The notes: generated by a model not told the origin, from the sequence alone. Positions 12,719 through 25,296 are shown, counted from the whole stretch's first letter. The stretch is 62,597 bases of DNA, filler included, from Kipferlia bialata (GCA_003568945.1; 6 parts of 6 records of this genome joined end to end with filler, not necessarily neighbours in it); one strand, 5' to 3'. Program-made: numbers and translations.

Positions 12719-14126
12719 CTACCCGCTATAGGGTATTGAACATATATACATTATTATGTAACAGAACGCAAATACTCCAAGGAACCATAGCACAACCTTG
12801 ATGCCCGCTGGGAGCCGGTACCTATCCCATCTCTGGCGAAGAGTCTCTGTCTCAGGCCCATATGTGACCTCCTGCAGCCCGCGGTGTTCGCGGTGGATAG
12901 ACTCCCTGAAGAAGCCCCAGTACTCGAGGTGGTCCCTGTCTCCCTCCCTGTACGCATTGGATATGAGGTTGTGCCTGTCGACATCCACCAGAAGTAGGTG
13001 CTGGGACTCGTTACAGTCGTAGTCTCGCCCTCTGAGCACTACAACTACCATGGTGGTGGGGTTGAGCATGCACGCCGTGCAGACTCGGGAGTAGCGGCCG
13101 CATATCTTCTTGACGAATATGCGCCTGGGGAGGAGGCTGGAGAGTATGCACTCGTGTCCGATGGGGTCTAGCAGGACTAGGCCCATGACACCGGCCTGAG
13201 GTAGGTTGTGGAAGGTGGCCACGTGGGGGCCGAGGCTGAAGACCGGCTGGGAGGCAGCGAGGCCAGTCAAGAACAGGTCCTCGGGGAAGAAGGTGCATGT
13301 CAGCCGGGTCACGTCCAGCCTGACCTCCCCCTTGGGTATCACGGCAAGGAGGCCGTGCGGCACTGTGACGTGCTGGCAGTGGTGGTACCCGTCGAGGTCG
13401 GGGAGGGAGATGAGGAGACGCCGCCACCGCTCTGTCTCGGCATCCAGCCGCCACACGTCCAGTGCCACAGACCCCTCCTCCTCTCCCTCATCGGCTGCCC
13501 CTCCCATGAGGTGGAGGCGCTCCTTGAGCTGGCCCCCTGCCACAATGAGACCCCCGTCCACACACCCTGCCAGGTAGGGCTGCCTTGCGGAGGGGCGGGG
13601 GGCGTGCTCCTTCTGTCTGACGCGTCTCCACCTCAGGGTGTCTAGATGTAACACGTAGAGGTCCAGACTCGTTGCTACCTTCTGGGTAATCAGCGAGTTA
13701 TACTGTGTCACCAGGGCGTACACCACACCCCAGTCGGATGGCACCAGCTTCACATCAGTGGCCTCGAGGAAGGGTATGCTCCTGCCGCTATTCCAGGGCT
13801 GACGGGGGAGAGCCTTCTCGAGCCCTAGCTTCCCCTTAGAGAGAGTGAACATAAGCACCCTGGCTGTTAGACATAGACTGAGACATATATACACAGGTGA
13901 CAGATTCAATTATCATATATATATACTATCAATTATCCACAGTATATCACACAATGCAAAGTGGGTATATATATATATATATATATATATTAATATATTA
14001 GTATATACTGTACCTCCCATCCTCATTGAGACACAGGAACCGATTGTCGCCCACTGCCACGACACTGTCCGCCTCTATCTCGCTGGCACCGAACTCCCTA
14101 GTCACGTGAAAGCACTCCGCTGCCAT
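12719..14126 (-). CDS. Kelch-type beta-propeller protein with C-terminal transmembrane helix; 2 exons (14126-14014, 13859-12719)
   Basis: Long ORF with LYVLHLDTLRWRRV, GCVDGGLIVAGG and VWRLDAETERWRRL. Hydrophobic tail VVLWFLGVFAFCYIIMYIC. One GT-AG intron with CTAACAGCCAG acceptor joins in frame to exon 1 MAAECFHVTREFG.... Confidence 0.75.
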
Positions 14127-14207
14127 AACCTGGGGCGCTACAGTGCGTAGTGACACAGGGGAGGTGGCAGAGGGGGGGGGGGGGGGGGCCCCAAAAGCAT
14201 TTCTGTG

Positions 14208-14307
14208 NNNNNNNNNNNNNNNNNNNNNNNNNNNNNNNNNNNNNNNNNNNNTTAATTAATTAANNNNNNNNNNNNNNNNNNNNNNNNNNNNNNNNNNNNN
14301 NNNNNNN
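14208..14307. other. Artificial contig linker N44-TTAATTAATTAA-N44 (also 28505-28604, 37332-37431, 46159-46258, 60431-60530)
   Basis: The same 100-nt spacer with a six-frame stop cassette occurs five times. Confidence 0.98.
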
Positions 14308-16594
14308 ACATATATATGTATATATATGGGTATATATGTATGAGATGGGCCATCAGGGGGACTAGGATGCACCCAGGTCTAGCAATGTATGCATATAAGT
14401 ATATATACATATATATATATATATATATTACTCATTTATATGTGAGATGGGCCATCAGGGGGACTAGGATGCACCCACTATATATATATATATATATATA
14501 TATGTATACATATCATGTTTAACTCCTACGTTGGGCGCTTGTGACGTGCACACCATGTCACAGGGTGGCCAAATGCCATATAATACATACAGTATGTATA
14601 TATAGATATATTCATACTAACCATTAGATTAGGTGCCTGTGACGTCCACACCATGTCACAGGGTGGCCAGAAGGCAATGAGGAAGGAGTTCAAGAGGCTG
14701 TGTAGGAAGCTAAGGTAAGCACCAAAGTGACACCGTCGGGAATCGAACCCGTGTCCTCTCAATTCTTATAGCAGGTGGCGTCTGCGCCGTGCCGCCCTTG
14801 GTGCATTACTTGTGGCACCTGTCTCTCTGGCATACAGTGTGCTGGGGGTGGTGGCAAGGTAATTACTATATCTACTTATTATATATATTATAATACAACA
14901 TATATATAACTATTCTGTGTTAGTATATGTACTATCTGACCCCCAGGGAAGGCAGGCGGGTCCAGAAGCAGCCAAAGAGACTGGCCCTTTACAGGTATGA
15001 CATTACAATGAACACATACTCTCTCTATATAGTCTTGTACTAATACTCTCCCCTAGGTTCACCCACCTGACCAACCTACTGGTCAGCCTGTAATATCACA
15101 TCATAGATTTATATATATATATCTCTATATATGTCTTATGTCTTACTATCCTATCCTATGTCTTACCCTCAGGTTCACCCACCTGACCAAGCAGCTGGTC
15201 AGACTGTCTCATCGCATGCATATATATACACTATATACTATATATACTACACTACTTACCCTTAGGTTCACCCACCTGACCAAGCAGCTGGTCAGACTGT
15301 CTCATCGCATCCTATATATATATATGTATATATACATATATAGTATAGTATAGTATATATATATATATATACATACATATACATGTGTATACTAACCCTC
15401 AGGTTCACCCACCTGACCAAGCAGCTGGTCAGGCTGTACGGGGAGCCTGGTCCTCTGACATCGGAGAGAATGGCGAGGTATCATATCTATCTATATAATA
15501 GTATATATATATATATATCGGAGATAGATATGTCTATATATACGGAGGGTCTAGCCTCTGACATCAGAGAGGATGCGAGTTTTACTATTTCCCACTCTTT
15601 CCCTCCCTCTCAACACCTGATACTTATTGAGGAGCACTCAAGCCGGCCAGAGACTGGCACTACTCTCTCTCTCTCTCTCTGTAGACCCTTATTGTAGAGC
15701 CCTCAAGCCTGCCAGAGACTACGCCAATATTCTCTCTCTATCTCTCTACACCCTTATTTCAGGGCCCTTAAGCCAGCAAGGGACTATGCCACTGCCAGGA
15801 GGTCTCCATTCGCAAGGGCGGCAATGACATTCATTGCCAGGTACATGTGTGTATGATACTCTGTATATCGATTTCTACATATGGATTGGAAGAAATCAAT
15901 ATATATATACAATTATATATATATACGGGATACATGGGTCCCCATTTGCAAGGGCCGCAATGACTTTCATCGCTAGGTATATATATCGGTTTCACGTGAG
16001 TGCAAGTGTATTGCTATGTAGTATCTACTGTGTCATTGTATATACGTATTATTAATGACATTCATCGCCAGGTATGTGTATATACTACTATACTACTATA
16101 CATGTGTTCTTACTAAATATGGATTAGAATTATTTATATTGAATCGGTATAAGGGATATGGGTCTCCATTTGCAAGGGCCGCAATGACATGGTGTGTCAG
16201 TTTCACTTCACTTCTTGCGTTCCATTTATCCCCCTTGATCCTTGTGATCACTTGAACACTTGGCGGCAGCCAGAGTATTATATTATCTAAGTGTATATAT
16301 ATAGTCCAGTACATATTTCGTGTTATGCTGACCCCCAGGATCACCGTGTGTGAAGCATAGTACGTATATGTAATGTCCAGTTCATATTTCGCGTTATGCT
16401 GACCCCCCAGGATCCTAGAGATCACAGCTGGTATCCTCCTTGTGGTGGCCACAACGAAGCCAGGGTAAGTAAGTAAGAGAATACATAACTACCTCTCCGA
16501 GTCTGAGTGTATCCCTCTCTACATGTATATATTTTCATGTATCTAACACCAGTATGTCCAGTGTCAGGGCTGGACCTGAGTGGCTGCCCCAGCT

Positions 16595-16633
<39 letters not shown>

Positions 16634-19600
16634 CCTAACCTTTAGAATGTCCAGTGTGCGTGTTGGACCTGAGTGGCTGCCCCAGCTCAGTCTGATAGGG
16701 GCAGTGGCATTCATATCACCCATAGCCATTGGTATGTATCTCTCTCTCTCTCTCTCTATATATATATAGTAGTACAAGTATATATTTGTATCAATATATA
16801 TATACTAGTATATATATGCATTAGTATATATATACCAGCTCAGTCTGATAGGGGCAGTGGCATTCATATCCCCTATAGCTATAGGTATATATATGTATAT
16901 ATATATATATATACTAGTATATATATGTATTAGTGTATATATACCAACTTAGTCTGATAGGGGCNNNNNNNNNNNNNNNNNNNNNNNNNNNNNNNNNNNN
17001 NNNNNAGTCTGATAGGGGCAGTGGCATTCATATCACCCATAGCCATAGGTATATATATATATATATGTATACTAGTATATTCATATCACCCATAGCCATT
17101 GGTGAGTGTAATAGGACATTTGGATCCTTAACATAAGTACTTCAGCCACAACCCCAGGAATATTGAATTTTCTAGATATGCTAGTATATAATCTCAAGAT
17201 TGATTCCAAAGATTGTTTCTCACTCCCAGTCCTTGGCTCTGTCTCCAAAAGACAGTCCAATTGGTTTTCAAGATATAAAATCTCAAGATTGATTCTGAAG
17301 ATTGATTCTGACTCTCAGTCCTTGGCTCTGTCTCCAGAAGGCAGCCCAGGATAGACAAGGACACGGCATCTGCCCAGCTTACACGGTGAGTGTATATGTA
17401 TATATTCATTAATATATATATAGAGAGAGAGACAAGGATAGACAAGGACACGGCATCAGCTCAATTGACACGGTGAGTATATCCATAAAATATAGACTTT
17501 AGATTATGATTACATATATGAAGAGAGCGATTGAGAGAGAAAGATACCAGGTCCCGTCATCCGCTTAACTCACACAATTCGATAGATATGTAGATACATA
17601 GATATGGATATGTATATGCCGTTCCCCCACCCCCAGCCACCTCTGCTGGTGCCCTGCTTATTCAATTAATAATTATAGAATATGTAGTAAGTGCACAGAG
17701 TGGGAATTGAACCAGGAACCTCTATATCCTCTTCCTTACCACCAGCCACCTCTGCTGGTGCCCTGCTGTATATTAATACATATATATGTATACTAAATAA
17801 TACATTGTACATATGTATATATTTGTATTATGTACTCAGAGTAATAGGTCGAAGACGAATCTCTACACTCTATCCCTTACCCCCAGCCACCTCTGCTGGT
17901 GCCCTGCTATATAGACATGCAAAGTATATGTATATCTTATATATATCTGTAGACATATCCGAATATTCTATGTGTTGTTTTCCCCTATCCCTCACCCCCA
18001 GCCACCTCTGCTGGTGCCCTGCTGAGGGCTGGTCCGCCTACCCCGTCAGCTCCCTCTTTGCCACACATGCCACATGTCTCTTTAGGGTATGTGGTCATGG
18101 GTTCGATTCCCACCCCAGTCAAATCTTCATTGTCCTGGGTTCGATTCCCTCTCTTGCCACTTTCTTCTTATGTCTAGGACATGGTCTCTGCCTTCACTGT
18201 CCCCTTCCACCTATTGAAGTGCAGCACACCCAAGGCAGTGGAGGTATATACCTATAGTAGTATTAATATACATATATATAGAGTATTTATATATATATAT
18301 ATAATGTATATAGTATATATGTCCCTTTCCACCTGCTCAAGTGCAGCACTCCCAAGGCAGTGGAGGTATATACCTAAAGTAGTATCATAATTACATATAT
18401 ATATAGAGAGTATTTATATTCGCATTTATAGTATATATATAGTATATGTAATTAGTATGTAGAGATGCCCTTCCACCTGCTCAAGTGCAGCACCCCCAAG
18501 GCAGTGGAGGTAAGCATATATGTGTATATAATATATACATATTCCGTATTCATATTAATTACATGTATTGTTATGTCTATGTACGTATCTTTCTAATATA
18601 TCTGCTTTTTAATCCGTGTCCTTCACTTATGTACCAGGGTGTTATTGTGTTCCTGTCCCATGGCATTGTGGAGACACACACATATTCATTTCAATCTATC
18701 TGCCTCTATCTCTCTCTCTCTGTCTCTTTCTGTATTTCTGACTTAAGGGTGTTATTGTGTTCCTGTCCCATGGCATTGTGGAGATACCCCAGTACGGGGC
18801 ATTCTCAGCACATGCCCTGCAGCACAGACCTCAGTACGTGTATATGTATAGTGTGTGCATATATAGACAGAGAGAGAGAGAGTGAGAGAGAGAGAGATAC
18901 CCCAGTACGGGGCATTCTCAGCACACGCCTTACAGCACCGTCCCCAGTACGTGTAAATGTATTTGTGTTGTATACCTCAGCATTGATGACTGTGGCTATA
19001 CTCTCTCACCCTCTCTCTTTCTCTCTATGCATATATATATATATATATACTTCTCACTCCAGTATCGAGGTCAGGTCCCTCCCCGATGACTGTGACCAGA
19101 CTCTCTATCTCTATCTCTCTCTCTCTATCTCCAAGAATTACCATATATATGACTCCTTATTAACTAATAAACTAAGTAACTAACTAACCGTAGCATTGAG
19201 GTCAGGTCCCTGCCTGATGACTGTGACAAGATGAGGGTGTCAGTCTACGCATTCAACCAGCAGAGAAGGTAACAGAGAAGGTACTCTCAATATATATACT
19301 ATACAAAGGAGCTATCTTCTATAGTGTATATATAGAATATCTGTAGTATATATGTATTTGTGTATATATGTATGACTGTGACAAGATGCGGGTGTCGGTT
19401 TATGCATTCAACCACAGAGAAGGTACTCTGCATGTGTAGCCGTGTAGGCTATAGACTGCATTCAGTATTGGGCGCATGTCTAGTCTCACCATAGGGGTGG
19501 TCTGCAGCATGAGAGGGACGACCTTCTCAAGCCACAGCCCCTGGTCATCAGTCAGGGAGGGGCAGTCACAGAGGCACAGGTACAACTTGTCACGAATTGT

Positions 19601-19798
19601 GTCAATTGTCTGTGTATAATTGTGGGTGTATAGATGTTATTAGTCAGGGAGGGGCAGTGACTGAAGCACAGGTACACCTTGTCACAGAATGTTTCAATTG
19701 TTTGTGTATAACTGTGTGTATCATGTGTAGATTATTAATGATACCTAATAGGCAATATTGATGACTCACCAGCCCGAGACTGATACTACTACTGACAC

Positions 19799-19836
<38 letters not shown>

Positions 19837-19907
19837 ACACCCTTTAACCTCAGCCCCCTGCAGACACCCCTGCAGACACCACCGACATCATGGTGGATGC
19901 GGTCTAA
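14308..19907 (+). CDS. ATG9: Divergent autophagy protein ATG9-like lipid scramblase, 5'-partial, multi-exon
   Basis: The spliced peptide contains VRLYGEPGPLTSERMARALKPARDYATARRSPFARAAMTFIARILEITAGILLVVA, DMVSAFTVPFHLLKCSTPKAVEGVIVFLSHGIVEIPQYGAFSAHA and DKMRVSVYAFNQQ. By eye these match, in order, the remembered ATG9 blocks (R.fNE.ph.f..Rl..s...A..Y...F.s; e.ls.i.tPf.l......a.eIvdFf...tv.v...G.vcsfA; gKme.S...F). Stop TAA at 19905-19907. Confidence 0.65.
14727..14760 (-). other. tRNA 3'-half-like fragment (T-arm plus acceptor strand) inside a 60-nt intron
   Basis: Reverse complement reads GGACACGGGTTCGATTCCCGACGGTGTCA: GGTTCGATTCC T-loop/B-box with a 4-bp stem. No D-arm or anticodon arm is present. 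Confidence 0.5.
18093..18159 (+). other. Two tandem tRNA 3'-half-like fragments inside one intron
   Basis: GGTCATGGGTTCGATTCCCACCCCAGTCA and GTCCTGGGTTCGATTCCCTCTCTTGCCA lie within intron 18087-18177. Confidence 0.5.
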
Positions 19908-20554
19908 GGGCCTTAGACTCTAAGGATAGATGACTCATAAGAAGACGGGATAGTTCCAGGATCTACTTATGAGTGGTGTTACACTGTATGACACGACAGA
20001 CATCATGGTGGATGCGGTGTAAAGGAATATACACTGTACAGGCATAGGTAGATTTGAAGGAGGCATGAAGAAGGAATAGATAGAAGAAGACCCACTGTAT
20101 GACATATATATGCACACTGTATGTCATACACTGTATGAAACCACCGATATCATGGTGGATGCGGTGTAGAGGTGCATATCAACATGCAGTATGAGCATAT
20201 CAACTTGACATTATCGACATGTAGTGTACCGTACACTGTACGACACACCCATTCATCGGAAAGAGTGGGAAGGAATAGATAGAAGTGTGTCACTATCGTT
20301 TCATCTTTTGGGGCACGAGTACACCAGGTCCTAGCGCTAAAGTACAAGTTACTCTTGTACAGTGGTACATTAGGCTCGCCTACTATTCTCAAAGAGAAAC
20401 CTTCTAAATGATGTGCTAAATGAGCAGGAATCAGCCCCTCAAGTCTGAAGAGAGACGCTGATGGAAACCTGGCCTCTAGTGCTCTTCCAATGCTTCCAAT
20501 ACTTCTAGGTCTAGATCTAATACATGGTATTCATTAGTATCAAAGAGTCGCCCT

Positions 20555-20598
20555 TCAGAATGGATTTTTCAGAATGGATTTTTCAGAATGGATTTTTG
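20555..20598. repeat. Tandem repeat TTCAGAATGGATTTT(T) x3 upstream of a start codon
   Basis: Directly visible about 90-135 bp upstream of ATG 20690. Confidence 0.85.
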
Positions 20599-20689
20599 GC
20601 AACAACAGTTGAGGGTTCACTCCAGTGAATCTTTTCTTAGAATCTTTTCTATCTCATAAGCTCATCATAAGCTTATCGTCTCCCTAACG

Positions 20690-21508
20690 ATGGGCAAACG
20701 TAGAGGGAGGAAGAGAGAGAGGGAGAGCGAGAGCGACAAGTACCTCACTGTCAAGGAGTGGGAGGAGATGTGGGCCCCTGTCCAAGAGTTGATAAGCCAC
20801 ACCTTTGCATTTGCATACTGTAAGGCTAGAGAGGAGGGAATCGACCTAGGCCCTATACCAGGTATCAGTGTAAGTCAGTGTATTTTGTCTAATACTGTTG
20901 CTGCTGGTTAATACCAGAGGACCTGTCTCCCAAGTGGCGCCAGGCCTGTGAAAACGGGATTGACTGGAACACATACAAGCCACCCGCATGCGTTTTGGAG
21001 GTATGTACTATTACAATTCATTGATACACAATTTCCTGACTGTATTAGGTATACATGGAGATTGACTGCGCGTTTTGGAGGTATACAGAAGTAGTATGTA
21101 GGTAGTGTATATATGTAATAGTAAGTAACCTTATGGCGTGGGAGACGTGTGTAGAAGTAGCACATACATATGTACATTGTATATAGTATATATAGTATAT
21201 AGTATACGAGAGTATAGTAGTGAGTGTCTATATACAAGCCAGCAGTATAGACTATACAGGCCGTCTTCTTCTCTCTCTGTCTTGTCTATAGTAATACATG
21301 TAAATATCATTAATATATACTGTATATGTGCTGATACTTACACCAGGCAGACGCAGCGGTGTTTCTCTCTCTCTGTGCAGTATATGTATACAGGTGTATA
21401 ATGTGTATACATATATGTGTATACATGTGTGTATATGTACTGATTCTCACACCAGGAAACTGACGAGTCCGTGGTGGAGAAGACTGAGGTAGGGTCTCTC
21501 TCCCTCTC

Positions 21509-21540
<32 letters not shown>

Positions 21541-23782
21541 CCTCTAGCCCCTTATGCCAGCAAATGGTGAAGAATCGATACAGAAATGCAATGGACTCGT
21601 TTGAGGAGACATACGGGTATCCAATGCCTGTCGAAACAGATGCTCAGGTATCAGTATAAGTATCTCATATTCAATATATGCGTGTATACATAATAGAACA
21701 TATGTGAATAGTCTATTGTATTCTCAGAATATATTTCTGACTAGCAGGGGTACCCTCTCAGTTACACTGCAGTGGATGAGTACTTGGCCACGACAATAGA
21801 CCCTAACCAGGTACAATATAGTGTATATGTGTATATATATATGCATATACACATATTGTATTCATAAGATATATATATATATATATATACTATTGATATA
21901 TATATATACTACATTATTCATTCTTCAATAGACCCCAACCAGGTACATACACATATATACACATATACGTATATATACACATATACGCATATATACACAT
22001 ATATATATATGCACGTATACATATTGTATTCATAAGATATATATATATATATATATATATACTATTGATATATTTATATATATATATATTACACTATTCA
22101 TTCTTTCAATAGACCCCAACCAGGTACATACATATATACACATATATACACATATATACACATATATACACATATATACACATATATATATGCATATACA
22201 GATTGTATTCATAAGATATATACTATTGATATTGATATATATATATATACTACATTATTCATCCAGACATAGATAGATATTGATATATATATATATTACA
22301 TTATTCATGCTCTCAATAGACCCCAACCAGGTACATACACATATACACACATATATATACATGCATACAGATTGTATTCATAATATATATATGTATATAC
22401 TATTGATATTGATATATATATATATATTTTTCACTATTCATTCTTTCAAGAGACCCCAACCAGGTACAATATAGTGTATATGTATACATATATACATAGT
22501 ATTGATATATATCACTATTCATTCTTTGCCAAGACAATAGGTCCCAACGAGGTCCAATCAGTATCAGTGATACTGTATCACGATGTATATGTGTATGTAC
22601 TAATATATGTATCTATGTAATACTACACGTCCCTGTAGTATTGTCTAGTACATAGGCACAACGGTACCGTATGCTGCTCTCTTTCTCTCTCTCTCTCTTT
22701 CTCTCCGTCTCTCTCTCTCTGTATGTGTCTCTCTCTCATCAGGGTCACCTACTATATCCCTTCTCTGTCTACAACTATTATATAGATGTATTTTATTCTA
22801 TTATATATTATATACACATATACATATATATATTGTTTCTATAAATATATATTATGTGCTTGTGCGTGTTTCACAATAGGAGGTCGCTTCTTTCCGAAGG
22901 GATATGAATGAATTCAACAAACACTGGAGGAGAACTAGATTCTCTTCGAGAATCCAAGAGAGAGAGGAGAGAGAGAAAGAGGAGACTAGTGTCAGGACCC
23001 GTGGTGTCACTAAGGGTGTGAGTAAGGGTGTGAGTAAGGGTGTGAGTAAGGGTATCATTGAGGTTAAGGCCCGTGCAACTGCAGCGGACATGATTGTCAC
23101 CAAGAGAGAACAGGGTATCGCAGGGAGGAAGGGAACTGTGGGTACTGTTGCTAAGAGAGAACAGGTGGTCCCTACTGATGTGGAGCCTAGAGAGATTAAG
23201 GGTGTAGAGAGAGAGAGAGAGAGTGACATACGCAGAGCAAGAGGCGGGTTTACACCCGAGAGACAGAGAGGGAGAGAGAGGAGGAGTGGCACAGGCCGTA
23301 AGAGAGCACCCTGTCCGGCCTACACATTCTCAGACACAGGTGATATAGTGCACTACTGTATACATTCTGTATTATATATAGTACTATTCCCACTATATAT
23401 TTACCACTATATAAAGTACAGTGCACTACTATATGTATTATTGTATAGATTCGCAGACAAATGTAATATAGAGCAATACTATATACATACTATACATGTA
23501 TAGACTACTGTATATACTGTGTATACTACTATATATATCCTTCTGTTACTGTGTAAAAATTGGAGTAGTATATATATTGATACTATATTGCCGTCGATGT
23601 TATGCCACCTTCTCACGACACAGAGTCAGAGCAAGGTAATTATTATGCAATAGTGTATACTAGTATTTTTCTAATTATACTGCCTAGTCACACCTTCTCA
23701 CGACACAGAGTCAGAGTCAGAGCAATGGGAAGAGGAAGAGGGAGAGAGAGAGGAAGAGAGAGGGGAGGTGCTGGAGTTCTGA
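20690..23782 (+). CDS. Hypothetical multi-exon protein with basic low-complexity region and acidic tail
   Basis: MGKRRGRKRERESESDKYLTVKEWEEMW... | EDLSPKWRQACENGIDWNTYKPP | QMVKNRYRNAMDSFEETYGYPMP | GYPLSYTAVDEYLATTIDPNQ | long exon 22880-23339 | last exon ending EVLEF-TGA at 23780-23782. Confidence 0.6.
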
Positions 23783-25061
23783 AACAGTAACATCAAACTG
23801 TATTCAAAGGACCTGTATTCTAGGGTAGTATCAAGAGGCAAACAGATATATCTGAGCAATAGACAGCGTCGTAGAAGACGTGCTGGATTGCCTTTCCGGT
23901 AATTCTTTTCTAAGAGGGTAGTATATATATAGTCTTAATGCATCGTTGTGAATTATGACCAGGACTATTTTCTACGTATATGTGGCATTATGGGGAGTCT
24001 ATTGAGTTCTTAGAGTCCAAAATGGCATAATGCAGGAGACAAATAGATTGTGAACGTGTGTGAATCCTGCATATATCTAAGAGAGTGGCTTGTTCACTTC
24101 ATTTGACCTCGAGTAGATCTAAAGGGTCCAGATCCAGGACTCCAGCATCTTCCGAAACGGAGAGTCTCATCTTTCTCTTGCTTACTAAGACGGAGTCCGT
24201 CACGGACAAATACTCAAAAGTCAAGATAGAAAGGCAATTGTGGCACCTGTCACTGAGACACTGGAAATATTACTCCCAGGTTTCGGCAGGTCCTGCCGCA
24301 GGAAAGGTCAAAACCCGATCCGATTCTCGATTGTTGAATATTCCGATTCTGCGGCTTGGCTGATCTCTCTCCGTCGAGACCTGCTCTTCTATCATAGGAT
24401 AGGTGCCAGAGTGTTCAGTTTCGCATTCATAAACACTGTCATCGCCTCCCACTGTTGAGTTTGGGTACTTGTCCCACGTCGCGAGCAACACAGTGAAGAG
24501 ACTCAAGAAATTCTTGAGACTGAAGAGACTCTTGAGTCAAGAATGCTGGACCCTGTCATTCTGAAACAACTCCTTAACATGATTCATACACAGTCCGTCT
24601 ATCTATGACATAGATTCTATGTCATACCACCCTTCACCCTGGGTACTAATATATGTACCCATCATACTGCATAAGACTCTAATTAAGAGTAGACAAGGAA
24701 CCTGACTGTATGAACCTATACCTCTCGTAGAACTACACTAGCACCCCCTTTTGAGTCAGAACTTCTTCTGACTCTGTCTATTGCATCAGTAGTCCCTATT
24801 GCTTGTCTGTTGCATGTCTGCCTCTTGGCACATCCATCCAATACAACGCCATTGAACACATTGTGATGCCTCTGATTCAGGACGCTCTAAACATGTGTAT
24901 ATATGCGTATATTTGATCGTATATGTACCAAAATACGCGGCGCATCAGTATAGTTTGTCTTCTATTGAACAATGACTGTCACGCCACTCTCTCTTTCCCT
25001 CTTTCTATTACTGTCACTCTGAGAGTGAGTCACCCTCCCTCTCCTTGATTCTACAGGGACC

Positions 25062-25261
25062 TCATTTTCCCTTCTTCACTCCTACCATCTGCTCCCTCTC
25101 TTTCATCTCCTGTGTATGCAACTCTCTCTCTCTCTCTCTCTCCTTCAAGTCGTCCCTGTGCCACTTCCACATCCAATCATACACACTCCACTCTTCCTCG
25201 CTGCGTGGCTGAAGGCACCTTCTGGATGCATGCCACATGTGCTTGAGAATGCTAAGAGTAA

Positions 25262-25296
<35 letters not shown>

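Noticed and set aside
14252..14263. TTAATTAATTAA recurring five times, as a possible regulatory or recombination site
   Set aside because: It is always centred in a 100-nt N spacer, so it is an artificial contig linker.
14727..14760. Complete tRNA gene
   Set aside because: Only the T-arm and 3' acceptor strand are present. The upstream sequence is a splice acceptor and exon, with no D or anticodon arm.
15044..15435. About 30-nt direct repeats with variable spacers resembling a CRISPR array (also 17630-18025, 50495-50850)
   Set aside because: The repeats are copies of exon edges with splice sites, the spacers are TA microsatellite of uneven length, there are no cas genes, and the context is eukaryotic.
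18485..19183. 232-aa ORF and the many similar YIYI/SLSL/ERER ORFs in the track
   Set aside because: These are read-through of intronic (TA)n/(CT)n microsatellites, not proteins.
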